Below are positions 1 through 9,784 of a DNA stretch of 64,000 bases, in pieces. Under the pieces are notes generated by a model that saw nothing but the letters and a program-made list of their open reading frames with translations, was not told the DNA's origin and did not search any database. Source of the stretch: Candidatus Binatia bacterium (GTDB lineage: Bacteria > Desulfobacterota > Binatia > HRBIN30); the NCBI GenBank assembly GCA_038245295.1, contig JBBRSP010000004.1, forward strand, positions 32,001-96,000, given 5' to 3'. Both the position numbers and the translations under genes were made by a program. The stretch's first letter is position 1. Each line of letters starts with the position of its first letter.

Positions 1-32
1 CGGACACCGATGACCGTGCCTCGCCTGCCGGT

Positions 33-1682
33 TCAGACCGAAATCGCATCCTTGCGGAAGTCGCTGCGACCAATCTTGATGTTGACCAGGGCAGGTTTGC
101 CGGCACCCAGGGCACGTGCCATGGCGGGGCGGATTTCCTCCGGCCGTTCGACGTACTCGCCGTGCCCGCCGAGGGCTTCGACCACCTTGTCGTAGCGCGT
201 GAAGCTCAAACCCGTCGCTACGGCGCGCTCTTCGCCGTAGATCTGCACCTGACCACGACGAATCTGCTGCCAGGCGGCATCATTTCCGATGACGCCGACA
301 ACGTTGATCTTCTGGCGAATCATGGCCTCGAACTCGAGCCCATGCAGACCAAACGAGCCGTCACCGTAAGCAATGACCACCGAGTTCTTCGGCTTCGCCA
401 GCTTGGCGGCCATGGCGTAGCCGGGCCCAACCCCGAGTGTTCCGAGCGGGCCTGGATCGAGCCAGTGCCCCTGCTCGTAGATCTTCAGCACCGAGGCAGC
501 GGTGGCAACAAAATCCCCGCCGTCACCGATGACGATCGCGTCGCGGCCAAGTGAATCGGAAATCTCTTTACACGCGCGCAGAGGGTTGATCGGTACGGCG
601 TTCGATTCCAACTCCGGCTGCATCTTGGCCGATTTCTCCTGTTCGCGCTGACGGATTTCATCGAGCCAAGGTTTGACCATCGCGGCCGAGTAGCCCTCTT
701 TCTTGGCCAGATCGGTAAGTTGCTTCATCACGAGGCCGGTGTCACCGACGATACCGATGTCGATTGGGCGATTGCGCCCGATCTCGCCACCGTCGAGGTC
801 GATCTGCACCAGCTTGGCGCTCGGATTGAAATGCGACTCGCGGCCGTAGCCGAGACGGAAATCGAGCGGTGTGCCGAAAATCAGCACGACGTCGGCCTGC
901 TTGAGGGCTTCCTTGCGCGTTTGCGTGAAGAAGAACGGATTCTCCGGCGGCAAGGAGCCACGCCCGAGGCCGTTTACGTAGATCGGCATCCCGAAGGTTT
1001 CGACAAACTTCGGGTAGTCGGCGCGGTAACGCGACCATCGTAGTTGGCTGCCGACCAGAGCGACTGGACGCTGCGCGTTCTTGAGCAACTCGAAGGCGCG
1101 ATCGAGATACTCCGGATCGCCACCCTGGGCCGCCTCGGTACGGTATCCCGTCGGCATCGGACAACGTGTTTCGTCGTAGACGTTGAAAAGCTGGTCGATC
1201 GGCATCTCGAGATACACCGGCCCCGGTAGGCCGGTGGTGGCGATGCGGAACGCCATCGAAACGTACTCCGCCAGCCGACGTCCTTCGGGAACCGACACGG
1301 CCCACTTGGTAATCGGGCGCATCAACTCGACGTGATTCATGTCTTGGAGTGAGCCCATGTCGGCGAACGGACGAGGCCCTTGCCCACCGATGATCAGCAT
1401 CGGAATGTTGGCACGGTGCGCACTGGCCACCCCCGTGACGGCATCCGTCAGCCCGGGTCCCGCGGTGACGACCGCTACGCCTGGGTTGCCCGTAACACGA
1501 GCCCAGCCGTCGGCGGCGTGGGCCGCGGTTTGTTCGTGGCGCGTGTCGATGACGCGGATGCCCTCGTCGACACAGCCATCGTAGATCGACATGACGTGAC
1601 CGCCGCAAAGGGTGAATATGTATGGAACGTTCTCGGCCTTCAGGGCTTTGGCAACAAGCCGGCCGCCGTGGATCTCTGCCAT
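33..1682 (-). CDS. Thiamine diphosphate-dependent enzyme, acetolactate synthase-like / 2-hydroxyacyl-CoA lyase family
   Basis: TRHEQTAAHAADGWAR N-terminal motif, TAGPG, and ThDP-binding GDGSFG...GND motif. Start moved to ATG 1682 (MAEIHGG). Confidence 0.88.
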   Translation of the reverse strand: MAEIHGGRLVAKALKAENVPYIFTLCGGHVMSIYDGCVDEGIRVIDTRHEQTAAHAADGWARVTGNPGVAVVTAGPGLTDAVTGVASAHRANIPMLIIGGQGPRPFADMGSLQDMNHVELMRPITKWAVSVPEGRRLAEYVSMAFRIATTGLPGPVYLEMPIDQLFNVYDETRCPMPTGYRTEAAQGGDPEYLDRAFELLKNAQRPVALVGSQLRWSRYRADYPKFVETFGMPIYVNGLGRGSLPPENPFFFTQTRKEALKQADVVLIFGTPLDFRLGYGRESHFNPSAKLVQIDLDGGEIGRNRPIDIGIVGDTGLVMKQLTDLAKKEGYSAAMVKPWLDEIRQREQEKSAKMQPELESNAVPINPLRACKEISDSLGRDAIVIGDGGDFVATAASVLKIYEQGHWLDPGPLGTLGVGPGYAMAAKLAKPKNSVVIAYGDGSFGLHGLEFEAMIRQKINVVGVIGNDAAWQQIRRGQVQIYGEERAVATGLSFTRYDKVVEALGGHGEYVERPEEIRPAMARALGAGKPALVNIKIGRSDFRKDAISV

Positions 1683-1755
1683 GATGTCGGGGGTCCTTTC
1701 GCGGGCGCGTTTATACAAGCGCTGTCCAGAGCAGGCAAGGTAGCGGCCAAACGCA

Positions 1756-2715
1756 TCAACGAATGATGTCGACGACCGCGTCTTGCATGTCGGCCGAGTA
1801 GGCCAGAAGGTAGGTCTTCAGCTTTTTCTTGATTCGTTCTTCGACCTGCCGCACGCGCTCGCGGCTGATCCCGTACTTGTCACCGATCTCCTGCAGCGTC
1901 AGCGGTTCCTCAGCCATCAAGCGACTATCGAAGATGACCTTGTCTTTGCCGCTCAAGGTTGAGCCGAATTCGCGAATCTTGCGGGCAATGAGCTCGCGCG
2001 ACTCGGCATCGGCGAAGGACTGTTCGGCATTGGCGCCTTTGCTGGCGAGGAAATCCAGCATGGTGGCGTCTTCGCCTTCGGCAGTGGGTGCATCGACAGA
2101 GAGGTCGCGACCGGAGAGCCGCTGATCCATTTCGATGACTTCCGACTCCTTGACGTCGAGGCTTTGCGCGATCAGTCGCGGACCCGGCCGAAAGCCCTGT
2201 GCCTCTAGGCGATCCTTTTCCTTTTGAAGATTGAAGAAGAGTTTGCGTTGCGCCTGGGTAGTACCGATCTTCACCATCCGCCAGTTGTTCATCATGTAGC
2301 GGATGATGTACGCGCGGATCCACCACACGGCATAAGACGGGAAGCGGATGCCGCGGTACGGATCAAAATTCTTGATCGCCTCGAGGAGGCCGATGTTGCC
2401 TTCCTGCACCAGATCGAGAAGGTTCTTGAACGCCCGTTGATACTGTCGGGCAATCATGACGACGAGTCGGAGATTTCCGGTTACCAGCTTGTACGCGGCC
2501 TCGACGTCGCCTTGCTCTTTGTAACGAACTCCGAGCTCGTGCTCTTCTTCGCGAGACAACAGTGGGTAGCGACGGATCTCTGTCAGGTAGCGTTGCAGCG
2601 GATCGTAGGGCGCGACCGCAGCATTGTCCGCATCATCGAGGTCGATCTCCGGGGCGGCATCAGGAGATGCATCTTCGGCGGCTTGCGGCTCATCAACAAT
2701 GTCGTCGTCGGCCAT
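1756..2715 (-). CDS. rpoH: RNA polymerase sigma-32 family factor
   Basis: Sigma-70 regions (DLVQEGNIGL, FDPYRGIRFPSYAVWWIRA), RpoH box GTTQAQRKLFFNL, region 4 TLQEIGDKYGISRERVRQVE. Start uncertain (2715 or 2742). Confidence 0.88.
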   Translation of the reverse strand: MADDDIVDEPQAAEDASPDAAPEIDLDDADNAAVAPYDPLQRYLTEIRRYPLLSREEEHELGVRYKEQGDVEAAYKLVTGNLRLVVMIARQYQRAFKNLLDLVQEGNIGLLEAIKNFDPYRGIRFPSYAVWWIRAYIIRYMMNNWRMVKIGTTQAQRKLFFNLQKEKDRLEAQGFRPGPRLIAQSLDVKESEVIEMDQRLSGRDLSVDAPTAEGEDATMLDFLASKGANAEQSFADAESRELIARKIREFGSTLSGKDKVIFDSRLMAEEPLTLQEIGDKYGISRERVRQVEERIKKKLKTYLLAYSADMQDAVVDIIR

Positions 2716-2763
2716 GTTCGAAACCGACCTTACAGCCTTCACCGAGACGCGGCAACTCTGGGT

Positions 2764-3720
2764 TTACAATCGCAGGGCAGCGCGCGGGGACGACGCGTAG
2801 GCAGCTTCGATATCTTCCACAGCCTTCGTGAGTTTTTCGCCAAAGGACGGCACCTGAACCATGACGCGGAGATACAAGTCGCCACTGTCCTCCTTGCCTC
2901 CACCGGGCCGAACACCGCGTCCACGCAGGCGCAATTGTTTGCCGCTCGAGGAGCCGGCTGGAATCTTCACCCTCAAGTCCCCATCCGGCGTCGGGACCGT
3001 GATGGAAGCGCCACGGACCGCTTCACCCACCGTCACGGGCACATCCATATAGAGGTCTTTTCCACGACGTTCGAGCAAAGGATGAGGCTTCACGTGGATG
3101 ATCAGGTAGAGGTCTCCGGCGGGGCCGCCCCCGTGCCCTGGTTCCCCCTTACCAGCGATACGAACACGTGCTCCCGTGTCGACTCCGGCAGGAATCTTCA
3201 CCCGCAAACGCTGGGTTGCCGGCGGCCCGCTGCGAGCCGTTTGAGGTCGGGTCAGCGTAATCTCGCGGCTGACACCGTTCAGCGCCTCCAGCAGATCGAT
3301 CTCGAATTCCACTTCTTGGTTGGCACCGCGTGCCGGCCCCTGCCAATCGCCGCGCGAGAAGAGACCGGAAAGCAAATCATCGACATCGACAAACTCGCCG
3401 CCCCGAGTCTGGCTGCCGCCAAATCCGCGGCCGTTGCCGGCACGCTGGCGTGACCACTCGCGATGGGCACGTGCCTGTTCTGCGTCGAAACCGGCCTGCA
3501 GAGAGTCTGCCCCGAACTCGTCGTAAAGGCTACGTTTGGCCTGGTCGCTCAGGACTTCGTAGGCTTGGGAAACTTCTTTGAAGCGCTCTTCGGCGGCTTT
3601 GTCGTCAGGGTTGACGTCAGGATGAAGCTTCCGCGCGAGCTTGCGATACGATTTCTTGATGTCATCGGCACTCGCCGATTTGTTCACGCCCAACGCGTCG
3701 TACAGGTCCACGTTCGCCAT
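2764..3720 (-). CDS. Class II DnaJ/CbpA-type co-chaperone
   Basis: J-domain with HPD motif, G/F-rich linker, DnaJ C-terminal domain, no CxxCxGxG zinc fingers; GGAGG RBS. Confidence 0.92.
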   Translation of the reverse strand: MANVDLYDALGVNKSASADDIKKSYRKLARKLHPDVNPDDKAAEERFKEVSQAYEVLSDQAKRSLYDEFGADSLQAGFDAEQARAHREWSRQRAGNGRGFGGSQTRGGEFVDVDDLLSGLFSRGDWQGPARGANQEVEFEIDLLEALNGVSREITLTRPQTARSGPPATQRLRVKIPAGVDTGARVRIAGKGEPGHGGGPAGDLYLIIHVKPHPLLERRGKDLYMDVPVTVGEAVRGASITVPTPDGDLRVKIPAGSSSGKQLRLRGRGVRPGGGKEDSGDLYLRVMVQVPSFGEKLTKAVEDIEAAYASSPRAALRL

Positions 3721-3796
3721 ACCTCCGCCAGGTAAGGCAAGTGAGTCCCATAAGTCACCCCGTCAAGAGCAAGGCACGAGTTTTCTCGCGTCTTGA

Positions 3797-3994
3797 TCAA
3801 TCCTTGTCAGGATACTCGAGACAAACCTTGCCGTCGGCGATTTCGCGTAGGGCCGACACCACTTCCTTGTTGCCGGACTCGACCAGCGGGCGTGCGCCTT
3901 TGAGCAGTTGTTTCGCACGCCGCGCTCCGAGCAGCACCAGCTCAAAGCGATTCGGCACATTCTCCAGGCAATCCTCGACAGTGATACGAGCCAT
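3797..3994 (-). CDS. rpoZ: RNA polymerase omega subunit
   Basis: [30 protein letters not shown]...ALREIADG is the canonical omega signature. Confidence 0.96.
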   Translation of the reverse strand: MARITVEDCLENVPNRFELVLLGARRAKQLLKGARPLVESGNKEVVSALREIADGKVCLEYPDKD

Positions 3995-4096
3995 GGGACC
4001 GGTCTATAGCGTGGTGTTGCGGTGGGGCAAGAGGGCAGTGGCGGGGGGGTAGCGAACTTGACTCTGCAGCCGAGCCCCAGTAAGCGTCCTGGCTGC

Positions 4097-4570
4097 ATGA
4101 CTTTCATGGATCGAGTCACTCGTCTCGTCGTCGGGCTTTCGGACAAGGAACGCGTCGCGACGCTGTTGGGCGGGGTTTACTCGTCCTGCACCGAGCGGGC
4201 GCGGCTGCTCGGGCGTCACGCCATGGAGGCACCCAACGGAGCAAGCGTCAGCCTCCTTCGCGAGCTGCAGAGTTCCGAAGTGGAATTGAGCAAGCATATT
4301 GCAACGGCACTGATTGCGGCAGGGGGACGACCGTCGCAGACTCACTCCGTGCTGCCGCCGCCGGCCAGCCCCAATCACTGGGGCCGACTTGTCCAGGATC
4401 TCGAATTGCACCGGCACGCGACGCGGGAGTTACAGGAGGCGTCGTTCCGGGTGGTCGAGGATCTGCCGGAGCTCGCGAATCTGCTTCTGGAGGCGAGCGA
4501 AGAAACACGCCGCCAATGTGAACACCTGCGCACCCTGATTGCGCGAGCCGATCCGCAAGCGCTCGACTGA
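4097..4570 (+). CDS. Hypothetical helical protein, possibly ferritin-like four-helix bundle
   Basis: Fills the gap between rpoZ and the Nudix gene; amphipathic helical pattern. Start set at ATG 4097. Confidence 0.55.
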   Translation: MTFMDRVTRLVVGLSDKERVATLLGGVYSSCTERARLLGRHAMEAPNGASVSLLRELQSSEVELSKHIATALIAAGGRPSQTHSVLPPPASPNHWGRLVQDLELHRHATRELQEASFRVVEDLPELANLLLEASEETRRQCEHLRTLIARADPQALD

Positions 4571-4659
4571 CTCCCCTTCAGCGCGAACACAGCCGGGTCT
4601 TGCGCGCATGGGTTGCGACGAGGTGGTCGCACGAGTACCTTGCCCGTGGTGCCCGACAC

Positions 4660-5235
4660 ATGACGATTGAACTTGTACGCCAGCGTCTTGCCACACACGC
4701 GCCGCAAACCTTCTCCGAAGCCAGCCTCCAGCGAGCAGCCGTGGCGATCATCCTGCGCGACAGACCGACTTCGCCTGAGTTCATTGCCATCCACCGCGCT
4801 GACCGACACGGCGACCCGTGGTCGGGGCACATGGCCCTACCGGGCGGACGCCACCAGGCGGAGGACGCGACGCTCCAGGACACGGTTCAACGAGAGACAT
4901 GCGAAGAGGTCGGCGTCGACTTGAGAACCGACGGCGATCTATTGGGGCACCTCGATGACATCCAAGCAATCGGCCGCGGCAAGGTTCTGCCCCTCGTGAT
5001 CCGACCATACGTTTTCTCGCTCCGTCGTGACGTCGATCTCAAACCGAACGCGGCGGAGGTACAGGCAGCGATCTGGGTGCCCGTGGGTGAGTTGCGTGCC
5101 CCGGGGCGGGCTTCAACGTTGCGGCACCAGGCGTTCGGCCAGGATCACGAGCTTCCGGCGTGGCAGATTCAGGGTTACACAATCTGGGGCCTTACTCATC
5201 GCATCCTGAGCAACATGCTCACCCTCATCGACTAA
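4660..5235 (+). CDS. Nudix hydrolase, CoA pyrophosphatase (NudL/Pcd1) family
   Basis: RAAVAI, WSGHMALPGG, Nudix box QRETCEEVG, C-terminal IWGLT motif. Confidence 0.9.
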   Translation: MTIELVRQRLATHAPQTFSEASLQRAAVAIILRDRPTSPEFIAIHRADRHGDPWSGHMALPGGRHQAEDATLQDTVQRETCEEVGVDLRTDGDLLGHLDDIQAIGRGKVLPLVIRPYVFSLRRDVDLKPNAAEVQAAIWVPVGELRAPGRASTLRHQAFGQDHELPAWQIQGYTIWGLTHRILSNMLTLID

Positions 5236-5283
5236 AGCCTCGCGTTGACTCCATGGGGGGCATTCCTTATGGGTTCGCTCCGC

Positions 5284-5478
5284 ATGCGCATCACGCTCCT
5301 GCCACAACGGCAATGTATTGAGATCGCCGGACGTCGGCGCGTCAGCGATCTCTTGCGCGAGCTGCAACTAATTCCCGGCACCGTCATGGTGATTCGCGGC
5401 GATGAGTTGGTGACCGAGCACGATTTTCTGGAAGCGGCGGACAACGTTGAGATCCGCAACGTCATCTCCGGCGGCTGA
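5284..5478 (+). CDS. ttuB: ThiS/MoaD-family ubiquitin-like sulfur carrier (TtuB-like)
   Basis: About 64 aa, beta-grasp size, ends in VISGG, directly upstream of a TtuA homologue. Confidence 0.8.
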   Translation: MRITLLPQRQCIEIAGRRRVSDLLRELQLIPGTVMVIRGDELVTEHDFLEAADNVEIRNVISGG

Positions 5479-5480
5479 CC

Positions 5481-6446
5481 ATGACGCAAGCGATACGACC
5501 GCCGAAATGTAAGCGGTGCCGTGCCAAGGCACAGGTATACTTGCGGCAACACAACTCGGCCTTCTGCCGTGGCTGTTTCATTTTCTATTTTCAGCGACAA
5601 GCTGAACGGGCGATCGCGCACGAACACATGTTCGGGCGCGACGAGGTTGTCTTGGTCGCCGTATCCGGCGGCAAGGATAGCCTGGCGCTGTGGGATGTCC
5701 TGATCGAGTCGGGTTATCAAACGGTCGGGATGCATCTGGAGCTCGGCATCGCTGAGTATTCACTGTCATCAACCCGGAAAACGGTGGCCTTCGCCGAGGC
5801 GCGGGGGCAGAAGCTGATCCGCGTCGACCTCGGGGCAGAGAATGCCGACGTCCCGACCCTCGCGGGCCTTACGCGTCGCCCGGCTTGTGCCGCCTGCGGC
5901 ACCGCCAAGCGCCATCACTTCGATCGCGTCGCCGATGAAGGCGGGTACGCAGTGCTCGCCACCGGTCATAACCTGGACGATGAAGCGGCACGACTGCTTG
6001 GCAACGTCATGCGTTGGCAGCAGGGCTACCTGGCTAAACAGCAGCCGGTTCTACAGCCAACCCATGAGCGCTTCGTCCGTAAGGTGAAGCCATTCTATCG
6101 GCTCAGCGAATACGAAACTGCGGTCTACGCGTTCCTGCGCGGCATCGACTACGTTGTCGAGGAATGCCCAAACAGCGCCGGAGCCTCGCAGTTGGTTTAC
6201 AAGGATGTGTTGAACCGCCTCGAAGCCGCGATGCCGGGAACCAAGTTGACCTTCTTCCAGGAGTTCCTGCGAACAGCACAGCCTCTGTTTCAGAACGCTG
6301 AGGCATCACCACCGGGAACCTGTCAACGATGCGCTATGCCAGCCTTCGGCGATAGGTGTTCGTACTGCACCCTCCTTGTCGAAGTGGACCGACGGCGGCA
6401 ACAGGCGGAGTCGCGCGGTAGTGGAACGACAAACCCCGACGTGTAA
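5481..6446 (+). CDS. ttuA: tRNA 2-thiouridine synthetase, TtuA/Ncs6 family
   Basis: N-terminal Zn finger (CKRC, CRGC), PP-loop SGGKDS, CAAC, GHNLDD, ECP and C-terminal Zn finger (CQRC, CSYC). Confidence 0.88.
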   Translation: MTQAIRPPKCKRCRAKAQVYLRQHNSAFCRGCFIFYFQRQAERAIAHEHMFGRDEVVLVAVSGGKDSLALWDVLIESGYQTVGMHLELGIAEYSLSSTRKTVAFAEARGQKLIRVDLGAENADVPTLAGLTRRPACAACGTAKRHHFDRVADEGGYAVLATGHNLDDEAARLLGNVMRWQQGYLAKQQPVLQPTHERFVRKVKPFYRLSEYETAVYAFLRGIDYVVEECPNSAGASQLVYKDVLNRLEAAMPGTKLTFFQEFLRTAQPLFQNAEASPPGTCQRCAMPAFGDRCSYCTLLVEVDRRRQQAESRGSGTTNPDV

Positions 6447-6480
6447 GAAAACCCGGATCGAGCCGATGAGAGGAGCTGCA

Positions 6481-7284
6481 ATGAGAGTAGACGACGCCAG
6501 CCGTTTGCGCGCCGGCGAAGCGGTCTTGTTTGTCGATCGCAAGGAGCGTGAGTACCTCCGCATGCTTGAACCCGGGAAACGATTACATATCCGACAGGGG
6601 AGCCTGCAGGCGGACCACCTCATCGGTTTGCAAGAGGGACGCACCGTCTACAACAGCGACAAAGAGGCGTTTCTCTTGCTCCGTCCGACCTATGCGCAGC
6701 TCGTACCGAATCTGCCGCGTGATGCACAAGTCATCTACCCGAAAGATATCGGCCCCCTCCTCTTGTGGGGCGACATCTATCCTGGCGCCACGGTAGTCGA
6801 GATTGGCACTGGTCCGGCGGCGATGACCATGGCGTTACTGCGATGCGTCGGCCCGTCGGGACGGGTTGTTTCATACGAGGTGAGAGAAGACTTCGCCCAG
6901 ATGGCGCAACGCAACGTCGCGCAATTCTTCGGCCCGGCACCACAGTGGACCATCAAAGTGGCCGACGCCTTCCAAGGGATCAGCGAGCGCGGGGTGGATC
7001 GGATCGTCGTAGACCTCGCTGAACCGTGGCTTCTCCTGGAAGAGTTGGCCGCCGCCTTGCGCCCCGGCGGTGTGCTCATCGGCTACATCCCGACAGTGCT
7101 GCAAATCAAGGAACTCGTCGACGCGGCACGCCGCCACGGGGGCTTCGGGGCGATACAGACGTTTGAGACGTTGATGCGATTCTGGCACGTGAAGGGTTTG
7201 AGCGTGAGGCCTGAGCATCGGATGGTGGCACACACCGGTTTCATGGTGATCTTGCGTCGGCTCGCCGACGCGAGGACTCGTTGA
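6481..7284 (+). CDS. trmI: tRNA (adenine58-N1)-methyltransferase
   Basis: LPRDAQVIYPKD, EIGTG, VSYEVREDF, DLAEPW, VRPEHRMVAHTGF motifs; GAGGAG RBS before ATG 6481. Confidence 0.93.
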   Translation: MRVDDASRLRAGEAVLFVDRKEREYLRMLEPGKRLHIRQGSLQADHLIGLQEGRTVYNSDKEAFLLLRPTYAQLVPNLPRDAQVIYPKDIGPLLLWGDIYPGATVVEIGTGPAAMTMALLRCVGPSGRVVSYEVREDFAQMAQRNVAQFFGPAPQWTIKVADAFQGISERGVDRIVVDLAEPWLLLEELAAALRPGGVLIGYIPTVLQIKELVDAARRHGGFGAIQTFETLMRFWHVKGLSVRPEHRMVAHTGFMVILRRLADARTR

Positions 7285-7333
7285 CACCCCGCGAGGCCTA
7301 TAGTAGCGCACGAACTTCGTTCAGCGCGCGATC

Positions 7334-8071
7334 ATGACCAAGAACGACATTCGCCACAAAGTAGTGCAACGCTTGGCTCTTGCCGGAGCAGCTCGCTTCC
7401 CGAGTCTTGCTGAGCGTGTGCCAAACTTCAGCGGCGCAGAACGCGCCGCGCGTCTGGTCTGCGAATTGCCGATGTGGAAAAGGGCTCGTGTCGTAAAACT
7501 CAACCTCGACGCCCCCCAACTAGCCTTGCGACGTGCCGCCCTGGAAGAGGGGAAGATTGTCTACCTGGCGGTTCCTAAACTGCGCAACGAACGCTGCTTC
7601 ATCGAGATCGACCCGGCTCGTCTAGCACGCCAACTCACCCGCCTGTCGTCCATACGCGGGGCCGCCCAACTCGGACGTGCCGTCGCGCCCGCGGAGATGC
7701 GTCCCATCGATGTCATCCTTTGCGGGTCGGTTGCCGTCACCCGGCAAGGCGCACGCATCGGCGCCGGCGGCGGCTACGGGGATCTAGAGTACGCCCTGAT
7801 GCGCGCCGAAGGCTGCGTGCGGGAATACACGCCGATCCTGACGACGGTCCACTCCCTGCAAATCATCGACGAGCGCCTGCCGATGCGCGGTCACGACATA
7901 CCCGTCGATTTCGTCATTACCCCCGACCAGGTCATCGCCGCACCGAGTCTGCATCCACGGCCGCGCGGCATCATCTGGGAGATCCTACGCGACGATCGCA
8001 TCGCTTCCATCCCGTTGTTGCGTAAGAGCCGCCGCGGCACCCAGAGCGCTCAATCGCCGCGCCGCGTGTAA
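7334..8071 (+). CDS. 5-formyltetrahydrofolate cyclo-ligase family protein (MTHFSD-like)
   Basis: RVPNFSGAE, GSVAV, RIGAGGGYGDLEY, TTVH, HDIPVDFVITP motifs. Confidence 0.85.
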   Translation: MTKNDIRHKVVQRLALAGAARFPSLAERVPNFSGAERAARLVCELPMWKRARVVKLNLDAPQLALRRAALEEGKIVYLAVPKLRNERCFIEIDPARLARQLTRLSSIRGAAQLGRAVAPAEMRPIDVILCGSVAVTRQGARIGAGGGYGDLEYALMRAEGCVREYTPILTTVHSLQIIDERLPMRGHDIPVDFVITPDQVIAAPSLHPRPRGIIWEILRDDRIASIPLLRKSRRGTQSAQSPRRV

Positions 8072-8145
8072 GCAAAGCTTGCCTTGCTCGACTCACTCGG
8101 GTAATCCCCTGCCCATCAACAAAACACCGCCTTCAGGAGGATCAA

Positions 8146-8598
8146 ATGGCTGAAGATCACGTCGTACAGAACTCGGAAAACCCGATCATCGCTTTCATCG
8201 GTTGGGGCGGCCTCGGAATCTTCGCCCTCTGGTTCGCTTACCAGGTTGGTGCTCCGCTCGTGATGCAAGAACGATGGGCCGACAAGGGGAAGGTTGCCAT
8301 CGAGCTGGTCAAGAACCAGAAGCCAACCGGCGGCGATACCTTGTACGATCTCATCCGGGCATACTCGCTCAAGGCCAAAGACAAGAACATCTTCGTCGGC
8401 GAGTTCAGCTGGAGCGCGATCCAGAAGGACGGCCCTGACTACGACGTGAAGCTCCTGTGGACGGAGGGCTCACAAAAGCGCGTCGCGATTTGGCAGACCA
8501 ACCTTCAAAGCAATCAAATCACGCCGAAGAACAAGGGCGAGGCCTCGACGCTGGCAACCCATGTGACGTCTGAACCTCAACTGCAGAAGGCCTCCTGA
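8146..8598 (+). CDS. Hypothetical protein with one N-terminal transmembrane helix
   Basis: Strong AGGAGG RBS, hydrophobic segment IIAFIGWGGLGIFALWFAYQV, natural protein composition. Confidence 0.75.
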   Translation: MAEDHVVQNSENPIIAFIGWGGLGIFALWFAYQVGAPLVMQERWADKGKVAIELVKNQKPTGGDTLYDLIRAYSLKAKDKNIFVGEFSWSAIQKDGPDYDVKLLWTEGSQKRVAIWQTNLQSNQITPKNKGEASTLATHVTSEPQLQKAS

Positions 8599-8609
8599 CG
8601 CAGCGCCGA

Positions 8610-9248
8610 CTAAGCAGCGTGCGCCGAGCCTCGTAACTTACGGGCCGCAATCCGTGCATGCTGCTCGACAAGCCCCTTTGGGCACATCGTTGCAAACGCC
8701 TTGGCTCCCACAAGGAGCACCAAGAAGTCGTCGAGCTGCCCGCCTATCGAGAATGCATCCGGCATGAGATCGCGTAGGGCGACGCCGTACACTACCCCGA
8801 ACGCGACCAGCGCCTTTCCGATCAGTGGTGATCGCGCGTCAGCCAGCAATCGGACATACACCAGGACCGCCAAGGCCGCGCTTCGCAACGCCATCTTGGG
8901 CCCACCGGTCGCAAGCGTCCCAAACACAGACCAATCGAAGATGGGCATGAGTAGCGCAAGCAGCGCGAACACGAGGATCCGCGGCAACCAGTCATCGCTC
9001 CACCTGGATACCGCGCCGCTCAGCGTCTTCCCCAACCGGCGGAATAACCGCTCGAGATCGTCAGCCGGGCCGGCACCAGAATCGTGGCTCACAAGGCTTA
9101 CATGACTCCACTCGCCGCCCGAGTCGGGTGAATCCGCAACGTCCACCTCGGCCACAGCCGCCGTCAGTGGACCCGCCCAGACGCTCGCATCCGCGCACGG
9201 TGGGATCAGGGACAGCAGAGCCAACGCCACCAGCGCCGTAACCTGCAT
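8610..9248 (-). CDS. Membrane protein with C-terminal DUF1232/YkvA-like domain
   Basis: LLADARSPLIGKALV...Y...DLMPD...GQLDD resembles YkvA; N-terminal signal peptide and TM segments. Confidence 0.7.
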   Translation of the reverse strand: MQVTALVALALLSLIPPCADASVWAGPLTAAVAEVDVADSPDSGGEWSHVSLVSHDSGAGPADDLERLFRRLGKTLSGAVSRWSDDWLPRILVFALLALLMPIFDWSVFGTLATGGPKMALRSAALAVLVYVRLLADARSPLIGKALVAFGVVYGVALRDLMPDAFSIGGQLDDFLVLLVGAKAFATMCPKGLVEQHARIAARKLRGSAHAA

Positions 9249-9275
9249 CAGTAATGCCGATCGGATGGGCGCCCC

Positions 9276-9665
9276 TTAAACACGACGCCCATCGCGCAGA
9301 AGTCGCTCCATCTTCTCCCGCACCACGTTGGGGTCAACGATCGGCTTGGCCACATAGTCGTCGCAACCGGCCGCAAGCGCCTTCTGCTCATCTCCTGCCA
9401 TCGCCTGGGCCGTAAGAGCAATGATCGGAATGGAGCGCCCGATAGCGCTCTCGCGGATCCTTTTCGTCGCCTCCCAACCATCCATCACCGGCATCTTCAG
9501 GTCCATGAAGATCAGGTCGGGGGACTCGCGTTCGGTCGCATTGACCGCCTCTAGACCGTTGTCGGCCTCGATAATGTCAAACTCACCGATCCGACGAAGC
9601 CGGTAGACAAGGATCCGCCGGTTATCGATGTTGTCCTCAACGACGAGGATCTTCTTCTTGCTCAT
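9276..9665 (-). CDS. Single-domain response regulator (CheY/DivK-like)
   Basis: ILVVEDN, DLIFMDLKMPVMDG (phospho-Asp), IALTA, KP. Confidence 0.93.
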   Translation of the reverse strand: MSKKKILVVEDNIDNRRILVYRLRRIGEFDIIEADNGLEAVNATERESPDLIFMDLKMPVMDGWEATKRIRESAIGRSIPIIALTAQAMAGDEQKALAAGCDDYVAKPIVDPNVVREKMERLLRDGRRV

Positions 9666-9690
9666 GCATCATCATCCGTCGCGCCGCGCC

Positions 9691-9729
9691 AAAATAAAAG
9701 GGGGCCGGTCAAATTGATGACCGACCCCC
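9691..9729 (-). terminator. Intrinsic terminator closing the secreted-protein array
   Basis: Minus strand GGGGGTCGGTCA-TCAATT-TGACCGGCCCCC (12 bp stem with one G-U pair) followed by TTTTATTTT. Confidence 0.85.
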
Positions 9730-9784
9730 GTGATTTGTTGCTCTGGCGGCGTGGCCCCCGTCTCGGTGACCGCTCCGCTCTATC

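Noticed and set aside
2224..3453. 409 aa plus-strand ORF, and similar long shadows (13573-14850, 43967-45244, 46839-48020, 51322-52374)
   Set aside because: Antisense to well-supported genes; long shadow ORFs are expected at high GC.
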